NCBI RefSeq assembly: GCF_001194135.2
Contig: NC_068987.1
Location: 39,513,471 to 39,555,208, forward strand
Length of the DNA: 41,738 nt
Reading direction: 5' to 3'
Origin: Octopus bimaculoides
Lineage: Eukaryota
In this document: one piece after another, positions 22,812 to 31,829 of the stretch
How positions within the stretch are numbered: position 1 is the stretch's first letter
How the letters are laid out: the number at the start of each line of letters is the position of its first letter
The notes under the pieces: model-generated
Seen by the model: the letters and a program-made list of their open reading frames with translations, nothing else
Databases searched by the model: none
What the model was told of the DNA's origin: nothing
Program-made: the position numbers and the translations under genes

Positions 22812-25090
22812 GCAGATGCGAACATTATTGAACCTAGTAACTCCACTTGGAGATCGCAAGTGTTAGTTGTTCAAGAAAAATAAAGCAAAGAATGGTGATT
22901 GAATACTCAGAGACGATTAACAAATTTACACAGCTACCCCCTTCCTAAAATTGATAAGTTAGTGAACACTATCGCTAAGTATAAAGTCTACAGTACTATA
23001 GACTTACGTTTGGCATACAATCAGATTCCTCTATCAGAGAAAGACCATCAATTCACTGCCTTTGAAGCTGATGGTAAATTATGGCATTATACTAGGATGC
23101 CATTCAGAGTAACTAATGGCAGCACATGTTTGCAACATATAATGGACGACTTTGTGAGTAAATACAAACTGCGAGATACGTTCCCATTCATAGACAATTT
23201 AACCATATGTGGGAAAGATCAAAATGATCACGATAAAAATTTAGGAAAATTTGAAATGGCAGCAAAAAGTGAAGGGCTTACCATGAATGAAGACAAATGT
23301 GTTTACTCAACAACTCTTGACTTTCTTGGATACCGTATCTCACACAATACCCTCAGCCCTGACCCAGAAAGACTTGCTCCACTCCTCAATCTTCCTACAC
23401 CAACTGACCAGAAATCATTAAAACGTATAGTCGGTATATTTTCTTATTATGTTAAGTGGATCTCCAAATTTTCGAACAAAATATATCCTCTAAATAACGT
23501 ATTAAAATTTCCTCTAAACAACCAACAAGTAAAAGCATTTGAGTCATTAAAGGTAAAACTAGCCAATGCTGCCATTCAAGTAATAGATGAGAACATTCCA
23601 TTTACTGTTGAGACGGAGGCTTCAGATTTTTCCATATCTGTGACACTAAATCAAGATGGAAGGCCAGTCGCATTCCATTTTCATACACTGCAAGGTAGCG
23701 AACAGTACCACTACTCAGTTGAAAAGGAAGCCCAAGCAATTATTGAATCAATTCATCATTGGAGACACTTTCTTCTAGATAGACATTTTACATTAATAAC
23801 TGTTGCATTCATGGATAATTATAAAGCAACGAGCAAAATTAAAAATGATAAAATTATGAGATGGCGCATTGCGTTATCTCCATACTCATATGATATTCAC
23901 TATTGCCCAGGATCCAGCAACATCACTCCAGATGCATTCACAAGGGTACGCTGTTCAGCAATTAGTTCACATTCACTTTATGAGTTACATGCAGCACTGT
24001 GCCATCCTCGTGTAGTACGCCTTCATCATTTCGTCCACAGTAGAAATCTTCCATATTCATTAGAGAACGTGAAACAAATATGTAGGAATTGCTCTATATG
24101 TCAAGAAGTGAAACCACAATATTATAAACCAGACTCAGTTAACTTAACTAAGGCCATGCAGCCCTTCAAGTGAATTTCCATCAATTTCAAAGGTCCGATT
24201 CCTTCCATGAAGCATCCTTATCTCCTAACAATACTTGACGAGTACTCTCGGTTTCCGTTTGGTTATCCAGTATCTGACAAATCAGCTCAGACTGTAATAA
24301 AGTGTCTTACAGACTTGTTCTCAGTTTTTGGTATGCCCAGTTGTGTATGTTCAGATCGTGGAACTGCCTTTATGTCTAGAAGTTGCAATGTAAGGACATT
24401 GCAACGAGTAGGAGGACACCATACAATCCCACTGAGAACAATCAAGTAGAAAGATATAATGGTATTATTTGGAAGTCAGTACTACTCTCTTTGAAAACCC
24501 ATGCCCTTCCAGTATCTTCATGGGAAACAGTTCTTCCAGATGCGTTGCATTCAATCAGATCTCTACTTTGTACGTCCTCATGGACATCTTTTTAACTATC
24601 AAAGACGTTCAGCAGCAGGAACATCTATGCCAACATGGCTTCTTAACCCAGGACCTGCGCTTGTTCAAAGGAACAATCACACTAACAAGTATGACCCTAT
24701 TGTGGACCAAGTTGATTTAATCGAAGCCAACCCCCAATACGCTCACGTCCATTATCCAGATGGTTGCGAAACCACAGTATCCACAAAACAATTGGCATCA
24801 CCAGGGAAGATTAACCCAACTGATAACCTAACCCAAACATGTCCCTCAAGAGCCAGACAGGGAGCCAACTGAAATTTCTCCTCCTCCTAGAGATAACTGT
24901 CAAGAACAAAAAGAAGAATCCCCTCAGCAGTGTCGATCACAAAGGATTCGGTAAGCCCCAGAAAGGCTTGATCTATGATTTGTTTCCCTTCTTTTTCCAA
25001 GAGAGAGTGAATGTTATGCAAATAACACTGATATAAAGAGCATGTGCATGACAGGAAGAGGAAGAGAGAGAACAGCCATTCAGAATAACA
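22812..25090 (+). mobile_element. 5'-truncated Ty3/Gypsy pol (RT-RNase H-integrase) with PPT and a short 3' LTR; decayed
   Basis: IIEPSNSTWRSQV, YPLP, IDLRLAYNQI, MPFRVTNG, FIDN, FLGY; RNase H ETEASD..YSVEKEAQAI..HWRHFL; Zn-binding H..H..CSIC; integrase DEYSR, SDRG, YNP..NNQVER across frameshifted ORFs 22899-24872. PPT aagagagagtgaa at 24999-25011. TGTTAT...ATAACA at 25012-25090. Confidence 0.93.
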
Positions 25091-25599
25091 TACAGGACTG
25101 TGACTAAAAATTAGTTTCTTTGAACCAGGATTTACTGGTTATACATTACATGTTTATTGGTAATTTAACTTATTTTGCAACAATTGTGCATATTTATTCA
25201 TCAGCTATGTTTTTGTAGATAAGAATTATCAACAACTTTTCCTGTGATTGTGATTTGAGAAGGCATACAGAAGTATGCTAAAGATCAGCATAATCTCTTG
25301 TGGGCAAGAAATGTAAAATACAGTTTATTATAAACACAAACACTTTGTAATTTAATAGCCTTCAATGTGACACCTGTTAAACAGAAATTATTTTTATTTA
25401 ATCAAAATTTAATAAAATCTAATCATAAGTAAGTGAAATTATGCTAAATACAACTAAATAAAAAACCTTTTTTCCCTGGCCATATCGGCAATTCTGAAAA
25501 CTTTTAGGTGTGAATTTGACATGAGTAGAAGCTTTTTTTTTAATAATTTTTATCCTGAAAATCACCTACATAAATTACACAGGTGCGCAAATTACATGG

Positions 25600-25795
25600 G
25601 TTTTTATGGTTGGACTATTAACTCAGGGGTTACAAGTTCAAATCCATTGCAGGCACTTCAATGGTTTTGTCCATGCCACTGTCATTAATACAAACTAAAT
25701 TATCTGGGAAGGCTGAGAAAGACCAGCATCCTTTCCATGTAACAACGTATCATCCATTTAATACCATGGAAATAGAGCTAAGTATCAGCTCTTAA
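25600..25795 (+). mobile_element. Degenerate SINE-like fragment
   Basis: B-box-like AAGTTCAAATCC at ~25634, followed by a SINE-like body. Confidence 0.35.
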
Positions 25796-26094
25796 AATAT
25801 CTCCATCAATCTTGTTTATGAAGAGATTTCTTAGTTAAACCCACTGAAGAGGGAGACTGCGGAAGATATAGGCTGAAGTAATAAAAAGTGAGCTGAAGAT
25901 GTTGCACCTCACAGTAAAGATGACAAAGGACTGTCCTGATGAGTGATATGCAGTACAGGAAAAGACCTGACCACTCATAGTGAAATATACATTGAGATGA
26001 TGGTAGTGACAAAAGCTGGTGATATATACAGATACGCATCCATACATGTGCACACATACCCCTACACATATGCATATATATATATATATACACA

Positions 26095-27570
26095 TGCACA
26101 TCATCATTTAATGTCTGTCTTCCATGCATGCATGGCTAGGACAGTTGACAGGAGCTGTCCAGGTAGAAGACTTCCTCAGGCTACTGTGTCTGCTTTGACA
26201 GGGATTTTATAGCCCTTCCTAACACCAACCACTCTGCAAAGTGGACTCAGTGCGTTTTACATGGCACTAGAACAGGTGAGGTTAGTTTTGGCATGATTGT
26301 TACAGCTGGATGCCCTTCCAAATATCAGCCGTTTTACAGTGTGGACTGGATGCTTTTTATGAGGCACCAGCAATGACAAGGTCACCAAGTAACTTGCAAG
26401 GAATTTTGGGAGGGAACTTGTGTCAGAGGATGAAAAGTAAGAGTGTAACAGAGAGAAAGAAATGGGTGTCTTGCTATGACGGAGGGGGCATTGGAGGCAG
26501 TGATCTAATGTCAAATGATGAAAGGTTAGAGCATGACAGAGAAAGATGCAGAAACAGGTATCTTGCTATAAAGGAGGTACATGGTTACCCAACAAGCAAG
26601 AGTGAGAAAGAGAGAGAAGAGAAAGGTACAAGAGGACAGAAACAGGTCCGCTGATATAAAGAAGATATTTGGTTACGTAGTCAAAGGGAAATGCAAGAGG
26701 GGCCAGAATGATCAAGACTGAGGGCAAAAACAAGTGTGCTGCTGTAGAGGAGATATATGGCTACCCAGCCAGAGGAAAGAGTGAGGAAAAGAGAGAAAGA
26801 GTGGGAAACAGCAAAAGTGCAAGAGAGAGTAGGAAGATGATGAAGTGCCAGGATATATTCACAAGTAAAAAGGATCAGAGCATAGATGCGATGGTAGAAT
26901 AAGGAAGAGAGAGGTATGGTAGTCATAATATACATGGTCAGGTATTGCCAAGAAAGTATAAGTAGGGAGTAGAGATTGCTGTGACTTGCAAAAACTTGGA
27001 TATAAAAATGGGGTGGGGGAAAGCAGCAATACAATGAGCAAGAAGGGCAGGGAAGGGGATTGGAAGACAATCATAGTTTATAAAGAGGAAATGTAAGAGA
27101 AAGATGCAGTTTTTGATGAGGAGATGTAGTTTGGTTTCTTAGGGTAGGGTGTGTGAAAAGTTTGTTGTTACATGTAGGTGGGACACAATGCTTCTAGTGC
27201 TCAGTTTTGCTGATGCGGGCAGGTCTTCTCTAGAACCCCCTATCACCAAACATCTCAGTCCATTGTCTTTTCCTTTGTGAACCTAACATCCTAAGATCAG
27301 TCCTCACCACTTCATCTCATGTCTTCCTGGGTCTCCCTCTTCCACAGGTGCCATCAATTTTTAATGACAGACACTTCTGTATACAGCTTTTACTCATATG
27401 CATCACATGTCCAAACCAACACATTCTCCTCTCCTGCATGCCACATTTAATCCCTTTTATGTCTAACTTTTCTTTTAACACAGTTATGCTTTGTCAGTCA
27501 TGCACACTGATGTTGCAGATTAAACAGGGCATACTACCTTCTTGCTGTGTGCAAGAAAGAAGATTGCACT
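26095..27570 (-). mobile_element. Old RTE LINE 3' portion with an expanded 3' UTR
   Basis: ORF C-terminus-like sequence at ~27250-27570 (GRPRKT*DEVVRTDL on minus) and a (GAT)n-type 3' end at 26095-26260, with a purine-rich ~90-bp tandem in between. Confidence 0.65.
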
Positions 27571-27755
27571 GGTTTGATATACATTTATATATCATTTTAT
27601 TTTAAAGTCTACTTTTTCATGCTAGCATGAATCAGGCAAGAGTATGTTGGAGTAGAGATTTCTATGGCTGGATGCCTGTTCAACAGCTAATATTTTAAAC
27701 ACATGCATCAAAAAGAAAATTAAGTTCGTATGTAGTTAGAAAATTAGATATTCAC

Positions 27756-27796
27756 CAAAGTAGTGCCCAAATTTTCAATAACAGGAATTTTATAGC
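27756..27796 (-). CDS. SNRPA1: U2 snRNP A' coding exon 2 (41 nt)
   Basis: tttcag|GC TAT AAA ATT CCT GTT ATT GAA AAT TTG GGC ACT ACT TTG|gtgaat = (G)YKIPVIENLGTTL. Phase 1 in and phase 0 out fit both neighbouring exons. Confidence 0.96.
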
Positions 27797-28147
27797 CTGA
27801 AATACAATAAGACAATTTTATTAGGAGAGCCAAATTTATGTAATTATATAAGTGGTTCCCAACATTTACTCAAATGACACTCATGTTTATTCAATGTAAA
27901 GCAGTAAAAAATGTAGTTCATTGTTAATAACTGTACAAAAATTAGAGAAAATACAGGAGTTGTTTGTGCTTTTTGAAATATATACGCTTTCAAATAGCGA
28001 CAAAATTTTAGAATATTTTGTCACTCAATAAACTGACTAAAAATACAGGCCTCACCACTGAAATGTTGCGACATTTGAGCTAGGAAGCAGTTGTGTGTCT
28101 GAAACAGTTTATTTACAATTGTTTGTTGTTAATATTTAAAATTCATA

Positions 28148-28347
28148 GGCGGCGAGCTGGCACAACCGTTAGTACGCCGGACAAAATTCTTAGCGGCATT
28201 TCGCCCTTCTTTACGTTCAAATTCCGCTACATTGCCTTTCATCCTTTAGGAATTGATACAATAAGTACCAATTGAGAAGTATTACCAATGTAATCGACTT
28301 ACTCCAACCCCCGAATTGCTGGCTTTGTGTCAAAATTTGAAACCAAT
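28148..28347 (+). mobile_element. SINE in SNRPA1 intron 1
   Basis: ggcgagctggcacaaccgttagtacgccgg..cttagcggcatttcg..gttcaaattccgc..ttgcctttcatccttt..aataagtacc: a tRNA-like head plus a conserved central SINE domain. Confidence 0.7.
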
Positions 28348-28669
28348 ATTTAAAACTCACACATAGTTTTTAAAAAATTATTTTTGTCAAAGCTTCAAGT
28401 TAAAACAACAAATTTCATTAATCTAACTTGTCTATATTGATTTTTATACAAATTGTACGTAACAGAACAATTTGAAAATGCACAAAAGTTTCATTTTTCA
28501 GCTAGTATTAAGTTAATTTTTTAATTTCATGACGCATAAAGAGAGTTATACATGTATGATAATAATATTCTTTTGAGATAATAACACGAACATAAATTTA
28601 TTAAGCGATATCATTAGAAATTAGAAAGTTTGTTGATTAAAGAAAAGATCAAGAAGGAAACATGATTAC

Positions 28670-28751
28670 CTCGGAGATCTAATTCACGGTCTCTAACCGG
28701 GTTGGTATATTGAGCTGAATGTTCTATTAAGTCAGCAGATAGTTTAACCAT
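28670..28751 (-). CDS. SNRPA1: U2 snRNP protein A', coding exon 1 (82 nt)
   Basis: Reverse complement reads ATG GTT AAA CTA TCT GCT...CTC CGA G|gtaatc = MVKLSADLIEHSAQYTNPVRDRELDLR(G), near-identical to the U2A' N-terminus as I recall it (human MVKLTAELIEQAAQYTNAVRDRELDLRG). GT donor at 28669-28668. Too short for the ORF track. Confidence 0.97.
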
Positions 28752-29096
28752 TGTTGTTTGTTTAAGCCAACAAATTATTATCTTAACCACTCTAAATATA
28801 ATAATAATAATAATACACAGTCAGGTTGTTGAAAAGTATTTAACAACACACTCGTAAGTTTCAATTAGCAATAGAATAGAGGCCAAACACATGGAAGATT
28901 AATGGCGAATTGCGCCTGCGCGAAATAAGGGAGGTAATTCTGGTGAATTATCGTTGGGGGCGCTACTGAGTTTTTTAGCGTCTTCTTCTCGTCTTCCCTT
29001 TATAAGCAGACGACAGACAATCATTTGTTATCGCACTTCAATGGAATGTTAAATACTTTTATATAAAAAGAAACCAGTTCAGGCATTGCGTACAAG
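28752..29096. promoter_or_regulatory. Putative bidirectional promoter and 5' UTRs of SNRPA1 and SYCP1
   Basis: 345 bp between divergent ATGs. Local CpG cluster at ~28890-29035 in otherwise CpG-poor DNA. ATGGCG (YY1-like) at 28902-28907, TGCGCCTGCGC (NRF1-like) at 28911-28921, TATATAAA at 29060-29067. TSSs are not determinable from sequence. Confidence 0.7.
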
Positions 29097-31763
29097 ATGC
29101 AAAGTACTTTAGCATCGATGTCTCAAGTCTATGAGAAGACTGATCAAAATTTGGCAAACAGTTCTGAGTCTACAAACTATGGTCTCAGTTTAACAAAAAA
29201 ACTTAAAATGCCTCTTATTATGCATAAAAGTACAACTCTGCTTCAAACGTTCCAAGAAAATCTAGTCTCTAAAGAAAAAACAAAACAAGAGAAACAATCA
29301 TTAAATACTCAAGATGTAGAATGCAAACTATTTTCCCTGCATAGCCGACTCCGACAGGAAGCTGAAAAGATAAGGGAGTGGAAACTTTCCACAGAAGCTG
29401 AAAGCAAACAAAAAGAGAAAAAGATAGGGGAATTGACCCAAACTATTGAGAATCTTAGAAAATCTTTCATAGAATTGCAAATAGAAAATGAAAACTTAAG
29501 TCAAAAGATGCAAGAAGAAATTAGCAATAGAGAAGAAATTTTGAAAAAAATTGATTTTACTCGAAAAATGTGTAACATTGTCAAAGAACATTCTCAAACT
29601 GTAGAGAATAAAATGATGCAATGTGAAGCAGAAAGCAATGAATTAAAATATAAAGAAAGAGAACATTTTGAAAAATTTGAAGAACTTTCAGTAAAATTCA
29701 ATGATTTAAATATTTCAGCTAAAGATGAAGAAAATAAATTAAAAAATGAAATTAATAATATTTTTCAGGAGAAGGAAAAGCAGAGAAAAGTTTTAGAAAA
29801 GAGGATAGCAGATATGCAGAATATCAATAAGGAGTTACAGAATGAAATTTGTTGTAGAAATGAAAAGTTGGAACAATTAAATAAAGATTTACGTGATGCT
29901 GAAGAGGAGAAAGATCAACTAAAGTTTGATTATGAAGAATCTAAAAAAGGTCTTTCAGAAGTGGAATTTAAATACACAACCCTTAAATTTGAATCAACTG
30001 AGAAAAGTAATGAAGCTTTATTAATAAAGGCTTCTTTAGAAAATCTTTTAAAAGAAGCAAATGAAGTTTACGAAAAACTAGAAAAAGAATATGGAGAATT
30101 AAATGTTAAATATACATCAGCAAATAAAATGATTGAAGACTTGAAGAGTGATAAAGATATCTTAGTTTTGGAGAATGCAGAGTTGAGTGAAAATCTAAAA
30201 CAAGAAATAAGCCATAAAGACAATCTACTGGCCCAGTTAAATTCCAAATCTGCCAAGATAAATAACCTCAATAGCAACATTATATTGTTAAATGATGAAG
30301 TAGTCAATGCAAAGGCTTTAAATGTGGATGCTGCTGATATGCATGAAAAAACAAAAGAAAAACTTGAAACTTTAGAAGAAAAATACAAAACCCTAAGCAA
30401 TGAGTCAGAAGTACTAAAAGGCAAATTTCAAGAAAAAGTGGAACAATTAAATGAGGCCTTGAAAAACATTGAAGAACTTAGAAAAACATCTTCAGTTGAA
30501 TCTAATGAACTGACAAAAATTATATCAGAGCTAAGAAATGAAAATAATCTGCTGGAGGATGAAATATCTAATCTAAAAACACAAATGAAAAATCATGAAA
30601 GTAAATATTCTTCTCACATTGGCAAATTAAATAAAACAATTGAAGAAAATGCAATTTCAGTTAGTAAATATGCAGATATAGTGAAGGCAAAAGAAACAGA
30701 AATTGAAGAATATAAAGGTAAACTTCAAACAATACAAAAAGAAATTAATGAATGTCAACAAGAAAAAGTAGTCTTAATGGGTTATCAAGAAGAACTCAAA
30801 CAAATGACAATTTTGAAAGAAAATGCAATTCAAGATAAGGAGAGAATTTTAAAAGTAAGTGAAAATCAAAAAGAAGAAATGGTGAATACTCTTGAAAAGT
30901 ATAAAAAAGAAAATCAGAAAATATTTGACATTAAGACTAAAGAAATCTACGCAAAGAATGAAAATGAAATCAAAGAACAAAAATTGAAACATGAAAATGA
31001 TTTGAAAGAAAAAACAAGTGAATTTGAGAAAGAGATCTTACAGTATAAAAGTGAAATTTCTGAACTAAAACAGAATATCCAATATCAAATGGAGAACAAT
31101 ATCCAGCTTGAAGAAAAAATAGATATAATGCTAAAGGAGAAAGAAAATATGAAAAAGGAAATGTATGAAAATACTATGAAAACAGTGTTTCCGACAAGAA
31201 AACAACCTCAAGTGGCAGTCCTGATGACACCACAACATCCAATTAATATGACACCTTCAAGAATAGATGTTAATTCCTTTAAATCAAACTTCTTAACTTC
31301 CAAGAAGAGAAAAGTGGTGTTTAATTCTGATGATATGATACTTGTGTCTGATTCAGACTCCTCAGTATCCGAATACCAAAAGAATGACAAAATCACAATA
31401 CGGACCCCATTATTGAAACAACACCAGAAGAACATAAATTCACCCAAGAAGGATAATGTTTCTGATCATAAGTTAGAAGAGGTGGTCCTTACTACTGAGA
31501 ATCAACAAAATCTTGAAAATAACATTTCAGCAAGAAGTAGGAAAACCAGAATTTTGACTGGAAATAATAAGACCAAAAAAAGTCCAGTGAAACAAAATTT
31601 AAATACTGTTAAACCAAAGAGAGCAAATGTGAAAAAATCTGAAACTCAACCTGTGAAGAAGTTTTTCAAATCCCCAAAGTCTAAGAGATCACCAGCATCT
31701 TCAATTGATAAATATGCTTGGTTTGATATGGATTCTGTGTTTGGGTTTGGATCTGATGATTAA
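29097..31763 (+). CDS. SYCP1: Synaptonemal complex protein 1-like transverse filament protein, intronless 888-aa ORF
   Basis: aa ~78-163 (LHSRLRQEAEKIREWKLSTEAESKQKEKKI...LRKSFIELQIENENLS...TRKMCNIVKE) align without gaps to the conserved SYCP1 N-terminal coiled-coil motif as I recall it from human (VYSKLYKEAEKIKKWKVSTEAELRQKESKL...QRKAIQELQFGNEKVS...TRHLCNLLKE). This is followed by ~600 aa of E/K/L-rich heptads and a basic S/T-P-rich tail containing KKRKVVF..SDSDSS (cf. human KKRKMAF..NSDSSE). A at -3 of the ATG; in-frame TAA upstream at 29064. Confidence 0.92.
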   Translation: MQSTLASMSQVYEKTDQNLANSSESTNYGLSLTKKLKMPLIMHKSTTLLQTFQENLVSKEKTKQEKQSLNTQDVECKLFSLHSRLRQEAEKIREWKLSTEAESKQKEKKIGELTQTIENLRKSFIELQIENENLSQKMQEEISNREEILKKIDFTRKMCNIVKEHSQTVENKMMQCEAESNELKYKEREHFEKFEELSVKFNDLNISAKDEENKLKNEINNIFQEKEKQRKVLEKRIADMQNINKELQNEICCRNEKLEQLNKDLRDAEEEKDQLKFDYEESKKGLSEVEFKYTTLKFESTEKSNEALLIKASLENLLKEANEVYEKLEKEYGELNVKYTSANKMIEDLKSDKDILVLENAELSENLKQEISHKDNLLAQLNSKSAKINNLNSNIILLNDEVVNAKALNVDAADMHEKTKEKLETLEEKYKTLSNESEVLKGKFQEKVEQLNEALKNIEELRKTSSVESNELTKIISELRNENNLLEDEISNLKTQMKNHESKYSSHIGKLNKTIEENAISVSKYADIVKAKETEIEEYKGKLQTIQKEINECQQEKVVLMGYQEELKQMTILKENAIQDKERILKVSENQKEEMVNTLEKYKKENQKIFDIKTKEIYAKNENEIKEQKLKHENDLKEKTSEFEKEILQYKSEISELKQNIQYQMENNIQLEEKIDIMLKEKENMKKEMYENTMKTVFPTRKQPQVAVLMTPQHPINMTPSRIDVNSFKSNFLTSKKRKVVFNSDDMILVSDSDSSVSEYQKNDKITIRTPLLKQHQKNINSPKKDNVSDHKLEEVVLTTENQQNLENNISARSRKTRILTGNNKTKKSPVKQNLNTVKPKRANVKKSETQPVKKFFKSPKSKRSPASSIDKYAWFDMDSVFGFGSDD

Positions 31764-31823
31764 GGACACAAGTTGACAATCAGATTATTAAGAGAACAAA
31801 AAGAAAAAGAGAACCAAATTAAA

Positions 31824-31829
31824 AATAAA
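31824..31829 (+). terminator. Candidate polyadenylation signal of SYCP1
   Basis: First AATAAA 60 nt after the stop codon, followed by U-rich sequence. Other AATAAA occur further on (e.g. 32616). Confidence 0.4.

Noticed and set aside
26466-26800. Regularly spaced repeats as a CRISPR-like array
   Set aside because: Units are highly degenerate, spacers are GA-rich and related to each other, the context is a eukaryotic LINE UTR, and there are no cas genes.
30068-30424. 118-aa minus-strand ORF (and 31208-31447) inside SYCP1
   Set aside because: Antisense shadows of an A-rich coiled-coil CDS (S/F/L-rich); no independent signal.
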